Notes: generated from the sequence alone by a model not told the origin. Shown: positions 49,476-61,831, counted from the stretch's first letter. The stretch is 64,000 nucleotides of DNA from Gammaproteobacteria bacterium (GCA_023266055.1 JAHFRW010000003.1:202-64201), one strand, 5' to 3'. A program made the numbers and translations.

Positions 49476-50756
49476 TTGGTAAGCTCATTTGAACATTCTC
49501 ATCGCAGAGAGCGTGCCATTCTTGTCAGTGTGAATTTTCACTCGGCAAAAATGTGCGAAGAGTTGGACGAATTTCGTGAACTGGCGGCGTCGGCAGGGGC
49601 GGAAGTCGTGGCGATCATTACCGCTACACGTAAAACCCCTGATGCACGTCATTTCGTGGGCAGTGGCAAGGCCGAGGAAATTCGTGCCTGTGCCGAGAAC
49701 ATGAAAGCGGATGTGGTGTTATTCAACCACGAACTATCCCCTGGCCAGGAGCGTAACCTTGAACAATTATTGCAATGTCGGGTACTGGATCGGGTTGGTT
49801 TGATTCTGGACATATTCGCACAACGTGCTCATTCTTTCGAAGGCAAGCTACAGGTTGAGCTGGCACAATTGCAGCATCTTTCAACGCGCCTGGTGCGGGG
49901 TTGGACACACTTGGAGAGACAGCGTGGCGGTATTGGTCTGCGCGGCCCCGGTGAAACACAGCTAGAAACAGACCGTCGTTTGATTGGCGCACGCATCAAA
50001 CAGCTTAACAAGCGTCTGACCAAGGTGGGTGGTCAGCGTGACGAGCGGCGCAAGGCGCGACGCAAGGCAGCGGTTCACACCGTTTCATTGGTGGGTTACA
50101 CCAATGCGGGCAAATCAACCTTGTTTAATTGTCTGACAGGGGCTACAGTGTACGCGGCCAATCAGTTATTCGCCACGCTTGATCCCACCTTGCGCCGGGT
50201 TGAATTACCGGGTGCCGAGGCTATTGTACTGGCGGATACGGTGGGGTTTATTCGTCATTTGCCTCATGATCTGGTGGCCGCTTTCCGTTCGACGCTAGAA
50301 GAAACCTGCGAGGCGGCCCTGTTATTGCATGTGATTGACGCAAGCAACGAAAACCGTCACGGTTGCATCGAGCAGGTTAATGAAGTATTGAAGGAAATCG
50401 GAGCCGATGGCATTCCCCGAATTGAAGTTTATAATAAAATAGATTTGTTGAGTGATTGTGAGCCACATATAGACCGTGAAGGGCATGATACCGGAGGGCG
50501 AGTGCAGCGTGTCTGGGTATCTGCTACAACGGGTGTCGGCATGGATTTATTGCGGCAGACCCTGGCTGAATATACCTGGGCTGAAGATTCGCCGCACATG
50601 GATGTGCAAGTGCCGTCAGAGGCAGGATGCCGGAAGCGGCCGCCGCATATGGATGTGCCGCCCGAGAGTGGTCGCCGCAAGCGGTCACGGCGTACTGAAA
50701 CACCAGCGACAATTGATGAACAGGATAAACAGGAAATATTTTACATCGCCTCTTGA
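49476..50756 (+). CDS. hflX: GTPase HflX (divergent repetitive C-terminus)
   Basis: 426 aa; collinear with E. coli HflX through N-domain and G-domain (GYTNAGKSTLFN, DTVGF, NKID); the last ~60 aa do not resemble the canonical C-terminal domain. Confidence 0.9.
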   Translation: MVSSFEHSHRRERAILVSVNFHSAKMCEELDEFRELAASAGAEVVAIITATRKTPDARHFVGSGKAEEIRACAENMKADVVLFNHELSPGQERNLEQLLQCRVLDRVGLILDIFAQRAHSFEGKLQVELAQLQHLSTRLVRGWTHLERQRGGIGLRGPGETQLETDRRLIGARIKQLNKRLTKVGGQRDERRKARRKAAVHTVSLVGYTNAGKSTLFNCLTGATVYAANQLFATLDPTLRRVELPGAEAIVLADTVGFIRHLPHDLVAAFRSTLEETCEAALLLHVIDASNENRHGCIEQVNEVLKEIGADGIPRIEVYNKIDLLSDCEPHIDREGHDTGGRVQRVWVSATTGVGMDLLRQTLAEYTWAEDSPHMDVQVPSEAGCRKRPPHMDVPPESGRRKRSRRTETPATIDEQDKQEIFYIAS

Positions 50757-50871
50757 CGGGATATATCTGTAGTATAGGGCTCTCGGCTTAACCAGGGCCT
50801 GTCGAACAAGCGTTGGAAAATTTATAGAAACACCCTTAATATGAAATATATTCAACAATATGGAGTATCTC

Positions 50872-52101
50872 ATGGCTTGGAATGAACCGGGAGGTTCACG
50901 GGATAATGACCCGTGGGGTAACCGCAGCAACAAAAATAAAAACTCGCCCCCTGATCTGGATGAAGTCATCCGCAAGCTGCAGAAAAAATTCAGCGGTTTG
51001 TTTGGTGGCAAGAGCGGTGGTGGTGGCAGCGGTGATCGCCCGGCAGGGTGGACACCCTCCAGCCCACTGAAACCCATCGGCATTCTGGCGCTGGTGGGTA
51101 TGCTGATCTGGCTCGCCACAGGAATATACATTGTTGATGAAGGTACACGTGGTGTCGTGACGCGATTTGGTCAATATGTCGACACCACCTTGCCTGGCCC
51201 GCATTGGCATATTCCTACGCCTGTTGAAGCGGTACAGAATGTCAATGTCGAGCAGATTCGTACGGTGGAAATTGGCTACCGTTCCGGGGGTGCCGGTGCT
51301 CAGGCGAATGCCATCGCTGGTGAAGCGTTAATGCTTACCAAGGACGAAAACATCATTAGCGTCAAATTTGCGGTGCAGTACAAGGTAAAAGACGCGCGTG
51401 ACTATCTGTTCAACACCCGTGATCCGGATGCGTCACTGCGCCAGGCTACGGAAAGTGCAGTACGTGACGTGGTAGGTAAAAATAATCTGGATTACGTGCT
51501 TAAGGAAGGCCGCACTGAAATTGCTGCACGTGCCAGTGAGTTGATTCAGAGTACGCTGGATCGCTACGATGCCGGGCTGCAGGTTACCAGTTTGAACATG
51601 CAGGATGCCCAGCCACCGGAAGAAGTGCAGGGTGCTTTTCTTGATGCTGTTAAGTCACGTGAAGATGAGCAGCGCCTGATTAACGAAGCAGAAGCCTACG
51701 CTAACGACGTGATCCCCAAGGCGCGTGGTGGTGCAGCACGTCAACTTGAAGAGGCCAATGGTTATAAAGCCCAGGTCGTAGCACAGGCTAAAGGTGAAGC
51801 CAGCCGCTTTTCGCAGGTGCTGGTAGAGTATGAAAAAGCCCCCAAGGTCACACGTGACCGCCTCTATCTTGAGTCGATGGAGTCGGTGATGTCTCGGAGC
51901 AGCAAGGTTATGGTCGATGTGAAAGGTGGTAATAACATGCTGTATCTGCCGCTGGATCGGATGACGCAACGCCAGACGACGGCCGAGAATCCTGCGGCGG
52001 GTGTCATGCAATCGGATCAACTATTGCTGGACAAGCCAGCAACAATACCACAGACAAATGGTCGTGGGAGTGATAGCGCACGTGCGCGGGAGCAACGCTA
52101 A
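50872..52101 (+). CDS. hflK: FtsH protease modulator HflK
   Basis: start at MAWNEPGG (canonical HflK N-terminus); SPFH/band-7 domain; stop overlaps hflC start. Confidence 0.9.
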   Translation: MAWNEPGGSRDNDPWGNRSNKNKNSPPDLDEVIRKLQKKFSGLFGGKSGGGGSGDRPAGWTPSSPLKPIGILALVGMLIWLATGIYIVDEGTRGVVTRFGQYVDTTLPGPHWHIPTPVEAVQNVNVEQIRTVEIGYRSGGAGAQANAIAGEALMLTKDENIISVKFAVQYKVKDARDYLFNTRDPDASLRQATESAVRDVVGKNNLDYVLKEGRTEIAARASELIQSTLDRYDAGLQVTSLNMQDAQPPEEVQGAFLDAVKSREDEQRLINEAEAYANDVIPKARGGAARQLEEANGYKAQVVAQAKGEASRFSQVLVEYEKAPKVTRDRLYLESMESVMSRSSKVMVDVKGGNNMLYLPLDRMTQRQTTAENPAAGVMQSDQLLLDKPATIPQTNGRGSDSARAREQR

Positions 52102-52973
52102 TGGAACAGAAAAAAGTGATGATTTTGGTGATTGGTCTGATCGCTCTTTTGCTGATCACCGCAGCGTCAGTGTTTACTGTTGCCGAACATCAAAAAGCAG
52201 TATTGTTTCGTTTGGGAGAAGTGGTGCGTTCCGACTTTAAGCCGGGTCTGCACTTCAAGGTTCCGATTGTCAACAATGTGCGTAAATTTGATGGACGTAT
52301 TCTGACGCTGGAAGCCGCGCCTGAGCGTTATCTGACAGCAGAAAAGAAAAACGTCGTGGTCGATTCATTCGTTAAATGGAAAATCAAGGATGTGTCACGT
52401 TACTACACCACCATGGGAGGTGATGAAGAGCGTGCCAATGTCCGTTTGGCTCAGATCATCAAAAACGGTTTACGTGATGAGTTTGGCAAACGTACTATTC
52501 AGGAAGTGGTTTCAGGCGAGCGCGAACAGATCATGGCGATTCTGTCCACCAACGCTAACAAGCAGGCGCACGAGTTTGGTATAGATGTGGTGGATGTTCG
52601 CATCAAGCGTATTGATCTGCCAGAGGAAGTCAGTAGCTCGGTCTATCGGCGTATGGAGGCGGAGCGTTCCCGTGTTGCAAAGGATCTGCGTTCACGTGGT
52701 GCGGAAGCCGCTGAGCGGATTCGTGCCGATGCTGATCGCCAACGTGCGGTAATCATTGCTGAAGCCTATCGTGAGGCCGAGCGCATCCGCGGTGAAGGCG
52801 ATGCCCAGGCATCAGATACCTATGCTCAAGCGTATAAGAAAAATCCGGAATTTTATGCATTTTACCGTAGTATCAATGCATACCGGTCGGCCTTCAAGGA
52901 TCAAAGTGATATTGTTGTCATTGATCCTGGTTCGGATTTCTTTAAATATTTCAAGAACCCGAACGGGAAGTAG
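52101..52973 (+). CDS. hflC: FtsH protease modulator HflC
   Basis: 290 aa SPFH-domain protein following hflK. Confidence 0.9.
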   Translation: MEQKKVMILVIGLIALLLITAASVFTVAEHQKAVLFRLGEVVRSDFKPGLHFKVPIVNNVRKFDGRILTLEAAPERYLTAEKKNVVVDSFVKWKIKDVSRYYTTMGGDEERANVRLAQIIKNGLRDEFGKRTIQEVVSGEREQIMAILSTNANKQAHEFGIDVVDVRIKRIDLPEEVSSSVYRRMEAERSRVAKDLRSRGAEAAERIRADADRQRAVIIAEAYREAERIRGEGDAQASDTYAQAYKKNPEFYAFYRSINAYRSAFKDQSDIVVIDPGSDFFKYFKNPNGK

Positions 52974-53085
52974 TCGTATCGCAAGATTTTGGTATTATGC
53001 TGGATCGGAGGCAATGGAAGGGGTGGCAGGCGCAGGCTTGTCACCCCTTCTGTATTTTATCAATCGGGAGTGCGGAATGTTATGT

Positions 53086-53267
53086 GGCAAGACTTGTTTG
53101 CAGCATTGGCGCTGGTACTGGTCATAGAGGGCATCATGCCTTTTCTTAATCCACAAGGGTGGCGCCAGACCATGTCCAGCATTGCACAAATGGATGACAA
53201 GGCATTACGTATTGCTGGATTGGTCAGTATGATCGTGGGCGTTGGGTTGCTATATCTGGCACGTTAA
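53086..53267 (+). CDS. yjeT: DUF2065 small membrane protein (YjeT-like)
   Basis: 60-aa core MWQDLFAALALVLVIEGIMPFLNPQGWR...; conserved position after hflC; the longer upstream ORF extension is probably not translated. Confidence 0.6.
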
Positions 53268-53318
53268 GGCTCGGCATATTGTCCATGCTGGCTGTATGTT
53301 TACCGTGAGTGGGTTTTA

Positions 53319-54545
53319 ATGTCGTCATCCCGCAAAAAATGGTTTTTCTTCGGTGTAGTGGTGCTGATTACGACCACACTGGTATTTTATTACCGCTATA
53401 GCAAAGTGCTTGCCGTGGAGGCGGTATCTACTCAGCGGGGTGATCTGGTGATTACCGTAACGCCCACGGAAACCGGTACCGTAGATACAGATAAAACCGC
53501 GCAAATCAAGGCGGAGATTGCGGCCCGCGTCGTTGAAATCGTGGTGCGGGAGGGCAGAGAGGTAAAAGCAGGCGATATACTGTTGCGTCTTGATGCGGGT
53601 GAGGTGCAGGCACGTTTTAATCTGGCGGTATCCGCCATGGCTGCTGCTCAGTCCCGGCTTGATTCGACGCGGATTGCGTTACCTATGGAGAAAGCGCGCA
53701 CAGCCGCCGGCCTTGCCGAGGCGCAAGCACGTTTTGCTGACGCAAAACAAAAGCATGACAAAAAGAAGCGGCTTTTTGAAAGCCGCCTGATTGCATCAGG
53801 AGAGATGGAATCCAGTGAGGCGGAATTCAATGCTACCCAAGCCGCGCTGAATGTGGCACGGGCTAATCTTGAACAGGTCGCCGTACAGGAACAGCAAATT
53901 AAAGTTGCCGAGTCTGATGTTAAGCAACAGATGGCGCAATTGCGTGTCGCTGAACTTAATCTCGAACACAGCGTGGTGCGTGCACCACTGAGTGGCACGG
54001 TGATGGAATTACCGATAAAACTCGGTGAACTCGTGCAGCCAGGTATCATGGTGGCACGCATCACGCGTCTGGATGGGTTGTATGTCAAAGCACTGGTTGA
54101 TGAGGTTGATCTTGGCCGATTAGGCATTGGCCAGTCGGCCGAAATTACATTTGATACGGTTCCTGATAAAAAATTTGCGGCCCGGCTATTTGAAATTTCG
54201 CCTGGCGTTTCTGTCGAAAAACTCAAAAGCCGCAATGTCACAATCAAATTAAAAATTCTTGATCCCCCGGTTTTTTTGCGGCCTGGCATGTCAGCTGACG
54301 TAGAAATTATTGTTGAGACATTGAGAAATGTATTACATATTCCTGCGCAAGCCATTATGACAAAAGACAAGGAGCAGATTGTTTATGTCATTGATGCGGG
54401 CAAGGCCGCCAGGCGTGTTGTGGAAACAGGTCGTTCAAACTGGAATTCCACGGAAATTCTCACAGGGTTAAGCGAAAATGAAGTAGTCATTACTTCGCTG
54501 GATCAGGAAGGACTCATGCCAGGCGTGCGGGTACAGCAGAAATAA
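53319..54545 (+). CDS. efflux ABC periplasmic adaptor (MacA/HlyD-family membrane fusion protein)
   Basis: 408 aa; N-terminal TM anchor, long coiled-coil, beta-barrel/MP domains; followed by ABC ATPase and FtsX-type permease. Confidence 0.85.
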   Translation: MSSSRKKWFFFGVVVLITTTLVFYYRYSKVLAVEAVSTQRGDLVITVTPTETGTVDTDKTAQIKAEIAARVVEIVVREGREVKAGDILLRLDAGEVQARFNLAVSAMAAAQSRLDSTRIALPMEKARTAAGLAEAQARFADAKQKHDKKKRLFESRLIASGEMESSEAEFNATQAALNVARANLEQVAVQEQQIKVAESDVKQQMAQLRVAELNLEHSVVRAPLSGTVMELPIKLGELVQPGIMVARITRLDGLYVKALVDEVDLGRLGIGQSAEITFDTVPDKKFAARLFEISPGVSVEKLKSRNVTIKLKILDPPVFLRPGMSADVEIIVETLRNVLHIPAQAIMTKDKEQIVYVIDAGKAARRVVETGRSNWNSTEILTGLSENEVVITSLDQEGLMPGVRVQQK

Positions 54546-55280
54546 ATGATAACAGGTACATCACCGCTCATACAGCTTGCCGGGATTACCAAGGTTTTTG
54601 TAACGGGTAGCCTTCATTATGAGGTGCTCAAGAACATTAACCTGCAAGTGCAGCGTGGCGAGTATGTGGCGCTTACAGGTGCATCAGGGTCGGGAAAATC
54701 TACACTGCTGAATATCATGGGTTGTTTGGATGTGCCTACCAGCGGACATTATTATCTGGAAAGTGATGAGGTATCTACCAAGACAGATACCGAGCTGGCA
54801 CACATTCGTAACCGGTTTTTCGGCTTTGTATTTCAATCCTTTAATCTTCTGGGGCGTTACACTGTTGCTGAAAATGTTGCGTTACCGATGGTGTACGGTG
54901 GACTGGGGCGCAAGGAGCGACTGGAAAAGGCCAAAGTCCTGCTGGCGCGCGTTGGGCTGGAAAAATTTACGGGTCATTATCCAGCGGAATTATCGGGAGG
55001 TATGCAGCAGCGTGTTGCCATTGCGCGTGCTCTGGCGAATAATCCGGCGGTATTGTTTGCAGACGAACCTACCGGTAATCTGGACAGTAAAACCGGCATG
55101 GAGATTATTACCTTGTTTGGTCAGCTCAATATGGATGGAACCACGTTGATTGTCGTAACCCATGATGCGCGTGTGGCGCAGCATGCACGTCGAATGCTGG
55201 TACTTGCCGATGGTAGCATCATGACTGATCAGACATCGCGTATGGATGTGTCAGTGTCGTCCGGAGAGGCACCTGCATGA
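54546..55280 (+). CDS. ABC transporter ATP-binding protein (MacB/LolD-type)
   Basis: 244 aa; Walker [10 protein letters not shown], signature [15 protein letters not shown], Walker [12 protein letters not shown]. Confidence 0.9.
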   Translation: MITGTSPLIQLAGITKVFVTGSLHYEVLKNINLQVQRGEYVALTGASGSGKSTLLNIMGCLDVPTSGHYYLESDEVSTKTDTELAHIRNRFFGFVFQSFNLLGRYTVAENVALPMVYGGLGRKERLEKAKVLLARVGLEKFTGHYPAELSGGMQQRVAIARALANNPAVLFADEPTGNLDSKTGMEIITLFGQLNMDGTTLIVVTHDARVAQHARRMLVLADGSIMTDQTSRMDVSVSSGEAPA

Positions 55281-56476
55281 ATCCCTTTGAACATGTGCGT
55301 ATTGCACTTGACGCGCTGGCCGCCAGCAAGGTGCGTGCCTTTCTTACCATGCTAGGGGTTATCATTGGTGTGGCATCAGTGATTATGCTGGTGGCAATAG
55401 GCGAGGGTGCCAAGACATATATACGTACGGAGTTGATGGGAATCGGTACCAATTTGCTCATTATCGTGCCCGGCAAAACCGAAACCAGTGGTGCGGGACA
55501 CATGCCCAGCAGTATCCGCAAGTTAACCATCAGTGATATGCGTGCATTGGAAAAACGTACTACGTTAATACGTGTTATGGCAGCAGCGGTAGTGAGTAAT
55601 GCGGCCGTGAAATACCAGAACCGGTTGCGCAACGTACAGATTGTCGGTACCGACCAGAATTTTGAAGCTGTACGTAACCTGCATGCTGAAATTGGTGCCT
55701 TTATTTCCAGGTCTGATGTGGATGCGCGGCGTCGTGTTGCCGTGCTGGGGCGCACAGTACGCACCGAATTATTCGGTGAAACCAATCCATTGGGACGCAT
55801 GATTAAAATCGGTGAAACCAAATTCCGTGTCATTGGTATTATGGAAAAGAAAGGCGTGACGCTGGGTATGGATATTGATGACCATGTATTTATTCCTGTG
55901 GAGACGGCACAGGAAATCTTTGACCAGGACGGTCTGACCAACATTCTTGCCCAGGTCATTAACGAAAGTGAGATTGAGCGGGCCAAGGAACAAATACGTT
56001 TGATGCTTACCGAGCGCCATGGTGAGGAAGATTTCACTGTTGTCAGTCAGCAGGCCATGCTCGCCACCATGCAGGGTATTTTAAGTACCTTTACGTATGT
56101 GTTGGGGGGTATTGCCAGTATTTCTTTACTGGTGGGGGGAATCGGTATCATGAATATCATGCTGGTTTCAGTACGTGAACGTACCCGTGAGATTGGATTA
56201 CGCAAGGCGATTGGTGCATCGAAGCGTGACATTCTTCTGCAATTTATCATTGAGTCGGTAGCGTTGTCGGTGGTGGGTGGCATTATCGGAATTTTATTTG
56301 GCGCGGGTGTAGCGTATGGTGCGAAGGCTATTTTTCCGGTGATTCCGGTAGATGTGACTGCTTGGTCAGTGACAATGGCATTTACGTTTGCATTTCTGGT
56401 GGGCGCTTTTTTCGGTATTTACCCTGCCGTCAAGGCCGCACGGCTTAATCCTATTGAGGCTTTGCGTTATGAATAG
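55277..56476 (+). CDS. ABC transporter permease (FtsX/MacB-type, 4 TM with large periplasmic domain)
   Basis: 399 aa; MacB_PCD-like periplasmic domain followed by FtsX C-terminal TM bundle; start overlaps ATPase stop. Confidence 0.88.
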   Translation: MNPFEHVRIALDALAASKVRAFLTMLGVIIGVASVIMLVAIGEGAKTYIRTELMGIGTNLLIIVPGKTETSGAGHMPSSIRKLTISDMRALEKRTTLIRVMAAAVVSNAAVKYQNRLRNVQIVGTDQNFEAVRNLHAEIGAFISRSDVDARRRVAVLGRTVRTELFGETNPLGRMIKIGETKFRVIGIMEKKGVTLGMDIDDHVFIPVETAQEIFDQDGLTNILAQVINESEIERAKEQIRLMLTERHGEEDFTVVSQQAMLATMQGILSTFTYVLGGIASISLLVGGIGIMNIMLVSVRERTREIGLRKAIGASKRDILLQFIIESVALSVVGGIIGILFGAGVAYGAKAIFPVIPVDVTAWSVTMAFTFAFLVGAFFGIYPAVKAARLNPIEALRYE

Positions 56477-56491
56477 CCCGGAAAGTGAGAG

Positions 56492-57514
56492 TCATTTCCG
56501 GCGTTCTGTGTCGAGTGATGCTTGTGTATCCACGCACGGCTCAGGCGCAACGTGCTTGGCAGGCACGTATTTTGACCAATCATGCCGCGCATCACCAAAT
56601 ACCAGAAAGGAGGGGTTAAGCAGGGATTCCTTGGTGTTGTAGCGCAATGGGCGGAGAGCGGTGTCGGTAAGGTGTCCTCCGGCTTCTTCGACGATGCATT
56701 GGGCTGCGGCGGTATCCCATTCTGACGTCAATCCCAGGCGTGGATAGATATGGACGGTGCCTTCAGCCACCAGGCAGGATTTCAGTGAGCTGCCTACGCG
56801 AATAACCTGACAGTCACCAATGCTGGCAAGAAATTTGTCAAATGAATCACTACGGTGTGATTGACTGCCTGCCACGATCAGCGGTTCATCATCCCATGCC
56901 CGCACACTGATTTTTTGCGCCGTGCATGGATGCACAAGTGTCGCGTGAGGCACGATGCCAGGAGCGACCGCCGTGCATGGATGGCGGTTCTTGTCCATCC
57001 CTGAACCCACCGCACTTGGGCTTCCTGCCCGGCGCACAAGTGTTGCAGAATATGGAATGTCGGGAGCGGCAGGTGTATTGCCGAGCTCCTGCTTGTAGGC
57101 ACCCTTACCTTGCCGGGCATAGTAGCACACGCCGGTGACGGGTACATATACGACACCCAGTATGGGTTTGTGATCTTCAATCAAGGCAATGTTTACGGTA
57201 AATTCACCGTTGCGTTTTACGAATTCGCGCGTACCATCCAGCGGGTCTACCAGCCAGTAACGGTGCCATGTTACACGTGTGGTATAGGGTACGGCGGTGG
57301 ACTCTTCCGAGAGTACGGGAATACCGGGGGTCAGTTTTTCCAGGCCCGCAACAATAATGTGATGCGCCGCCATGTCAGCTTCAGTGAGCGGGGAGAGGTC
57401 AATTTTTTTAATAACGTTGAAGTCCTGCGCATAGATGTGCATGATGGCATGACCTGCATCGACCGCCAGGGCGATGACAGCATCGAGCAATGCGGCAGTC
57501 TCCTTAGCGGTCAT
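56492..57514 (-). CDS. cysQ: 3'(2'),5'-bisphosphate nucleotidase CysQ with ~50-aa internal in-frame insertion and C-terminal extension
   Basis: 340 aa vs ~250 typical; inositol-monophosphatase motifs WLVDPLDGTREF and WDTAAAQ present; extra segment NTPAAPD...RHPCTAVAPGIVPHATLVHPCTAQ lies between conserved blocks. Confidence 0.8.
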   Translation of the reverse strand: MTAKETAALLDAVIALAVDAGHAIMHIYAQDFNVIKKIDLSPLTEADMAAHHIIVAGLEKLTPGIPVLSEESTAVPYTTRVTWHRYWLVDPLDGTREFVKRNGEFTVNIALIEDHKPILGVVYVPVTGVCYYARQGKGAYKQELGNTPAAPDIPYSATLVRRAGSPSAVGSGMDKNRHPCTAVAPGIVPHATLVHPCTAQKISVRAWDDEPLIVAGSQSHRSDSFDKFLASIGDCQVIRVGSSLKSCLVAEGTVHIYPRLGLTSEWDTAAAQCIVEEAGGHLTDTALRPLRYNTKESLLNPSFLVFGDARHDWSKYVPAKHVAPEPCVDTQASLDTERRK

Positions 57515-58052
57515 TCTTTAGCAACTCCTTCACCATGAACAACGCTGCAATGCTGCGTGCTTCGGTGCAATCATCACATTGCACAAGCTCATTAAGCTGA
57601 CTTAATTTCCAGGGAACGACTTCGATTTCTTCGGGTTCATCACCCGGTGCGGTGCACGGATACAGGTTTTGCGCGAGTATGATATGAGTCACATGGCTCA
57701 AATAGCCGGGCGCGACGGTAAGCGAGGTGATATGTTGCAGGGTGTTGGCAGCGTATCCTACTTCTTCCATGATTTCGCGGTTGGCCGCGTCCAGTATGCT
57801 CTCGCCGTGTTCGATGCGGCCTTTGGGCAGGGCAAGTTCATAGCGTTGCACGCCAGCGGCGTATTCCCGAATCAGCAGCACAGTGTCGGTATCAAGCATG
57901 GGCACAATGAGCACGGCACCGCGCTCCGAGCCACGCAAACGTTCATATTGCACCACGATGCCGTTGGAAAATTTCAGGTCCAGTTGTTCAACGTGGAATA
58001 GACGCGTCTTGACGATAGTCTGTGTTTCTAATATTTGGGGAGGTTTACGCAT
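57504..58052 (-). CDS. nudE: NUDIX hydrolase, ADP-sugar pyrophosphatase-like (NudE-like)
   Basis: 182 aa; Nudix box GRIEHGESILDAANREIMEEVG; cysQ-nudE adjacency as in Pseudomonas. Confidence 0.75.
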   Translation of the reverse strand: MRKPPQILETQTIVKTRLFHVEQLDLKFSNGIVVQYERLRGSERGAVLIVPMLDTDTVLLIREYAAGVQRYELALPKGRIEHGESILDAANREIMEEVGYAANTLQHITSLTVAPGYLSHVTHIILAQNLYPCTAPGDEPEEIEVVPWKLSQLNELVQCDDCTEARSIAALFMVKELLKNDR

Positions 58053-58064
58053 GTGATGGAGGTG

Positions 58065-58466
58065 TTAATCCTTGCCCCAGGTCTTGAAACGTTTTTTACA
58101 ATAACGCAACAATGATTCGTAGCCATCGAAAAACAATTCGAAACCATCTTCGGCAGACGCGTCAAATTCGCAATAGTCATTGGAGTAAGCGCGGCATACT
58201 TCGGGCCGGGTTTCATAAATGCCACAGCGCCCGTCCTTTTGCAGGTGATTACAGGTGCTGTTGATCAGCAGGTACCAGCCGTCGGTGTCTTTGTAATACT
58301 GCACGCCCTGATGTGAAATCTGCCACAGCATGTGGTCGAAGTCATTCTTGGCGCGGGGTGTGGGCACCCACTGGGTGATATAGGTGCAACACTTGGAATT
58401 GGTGCAAAAACCACATTTGGTTTCAGGTGTAATGCCAATGGGATGAATAGGGATGATGCGGGTCAT
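58065..58466 (-). CDS. YkgJ-family cysteine-cluster protein (UPF0153)
   Basis: 133 aa; CGFCTNSKCC...C...CxxLxxDGRCGIYExRPxxCR arrangement typical of YkgJ/Fe-S-flavoprotein-like zinc/iron cluster family. Confidence 0.65.
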   Translation of the reverse strand: MTRIIPIHPIGITPETKCGFCTNSKCCTYITQWVPTPRAKNDFDHMLWQISHQGVQYYKDTDGWYLLINSTCNHLQKDGRCGIYETRPEVCRAYSNDYCEFDASAEDGFELFFDGYESLLRYCKKRFKTWGKD

Positions 58467-58474
58467 GGTGTATT

Positions 58475-58789
58475 TTAATCCTCATCATCCATTGGAGGTG
58501 GCCAGCCGAGTGCGCGCGCCTTGGTAATGGCGGCATCGTGAATGAGCGTATGACGTGCGCTTACATCCGGTGGTAGATTGCTGACCATGCTGCCATGAGG
58601 CGCCCAGGCGGCGATCACTTTTTCGTTTAGCGCAAGTAACTGCTCGCGCGTCCAACCTTTGCAGTCCTGGCTCTCCGGCAGTATGTTGAATACCCAGGCA
58701 TCCTTGACCAACAGCCCCGTGGGTGTCATGCCGCCATAGGCATCTTCATGCAGGCCAACATAAACATTTTTTTTCATTATGGTTTCCAT
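58475..58789 (-). CDS. hypothetical protein
   Basis: 104 aa ORF co-oriented between thiC and ykgJ-like gene; no recognisable motif. Confidence 0.4.
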   Translation of the reverse strand: METIMKKNVYVGLHEDAYGGMTPTGLLVKDAWVFNILPESQDCKGWTREQLLALNEKVIAAWAPHGSMVSNLPPDVSARHTLIHDAAITKARALGWPPPMDDED

Positions 58790-58848
58790 TTTTACAAATC
58801 GGGGATGAGTAATATATTGTTGTCGAGTGCAGTGGACGTTTGCTGCGA

Positions 58849-60890
<2,042 letters not shown>

Positions 60891-61180
60891 AACTCAGCAA
60901 TATACTGAATTGCTGCAAAAGTTATATTATACTCCAGTGACTTGCAAGTAACACTGGGTATTTGTTGCCTGACGTGGGTAAAGCGCTTACTCTGTAATAT
61001 AAGTGCTGAACAACGCTGTTCTGGAACTCTTTGGTGCGCGTAATAGAGAAAACGCGGCCATCGCATATAATGGCTCTTTCCTTCATTTTCAAGGCCCTAT
61101 TGTCCTTGAAAAGGGCGGCCCATCCCGGTGCCGCAGGTAAAGGTAAACCACATAAAATATAGTGTAAAAAATGGTGAATT

Positions 61181-61831
61181 ATGAATATAGAACAAGCCCG
61201 TTTTAACATGATTGAGCAACAAATACGCACCTGGGAGGTGCTGGATCAACAGGTGCTGAATTTGATAGGCCAGATGCGCCGTGAGGCGTTTGTGCCGTCA
61301 CAATACCGGGATCTGGCTTTTGCCGATATCATGGTTCCCTTGGATCATGGCCAGGTGATGATGGAGCCGAAAATGGAAGCGCGTTTGTTGCAGGCCCTCA
61401 ACATTGCCTCTACCGATGTGATTCTGGAAATCGGTACCGGCAGTGGTTTTTTTACCGCGCTGCTGGCCAAGCTGGGCAAGCACGTCTATAGCGTTGATAT
61501 CATGCCGGATTTTACCGAAAGCGCGCAGCGTCGCCTGACCGAGCACGGCATTCGCAACGTCACACTGGAAACCGGCGATGCGGCCAATGGCTGGGATAAG
61601 CATGGCCCCTATGATGTTATTGCCATTACCGGCTCCCTGCCAACCATTCCCGAGGCTTTTGAACGTAGCTTGAGGCCGCACGGCCGCATGGTGGTCATCG
61701 CCGGCAAGGGCGCGGCCATGGAAGCGGTTCTGGTCATGCGCGATGGGCGCGAAGGGTGGGGGCGCGAGAGCCTGTTTGAAACCAGCATTCCGGCCTTGTT
61801 GCACCTTGATCAACCCCGGTTTGTATTTTGA
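61181..61831 (+). CDS. pcm: protein-L-isoaspartate O-methyltransferase-like SAM-dependent methyltransferase
   Basis: 216 aa; SAM motif I VLEIGTGSGF; Pcm-like length and N-region. Confidence 0.8.
   Translation: MNIEQARFNMIEQQIRTWEVLDQQVLNLIGQMRREAFVPSQYRDLAFADIMVPLDHGQVMMEPKMEARLLQALNIASTDVILEIGTGSGFFTALLAKLGKHVYSVDIMPDFTESAQRRLTEHGIRNVTLETGDAANGWDKHGPYDVIAITGSLPTIPEAFERSLRPHGRMVVIAGKGAAMEAVLVMRDGREGWGRESLFETSIPALLHLDQPRFVF

Noticed and set aside
53648-54370. 240-aa minus-strand ORF antisense to the macA-like adaptor gene
   Set aside because: Fully embedded in a well-supported plus-strand CDS. Low-complexity Ser/Ala/Arg-rich translation typical of antisense frames in GC-rich coding DNA.
55219-56037. 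272-aa minus-strand ORF antisense to the ABC permease gene
   Set aside because: Overlaps a conserved FtsX-type permease. No start context or motifs. Antisense artefact.
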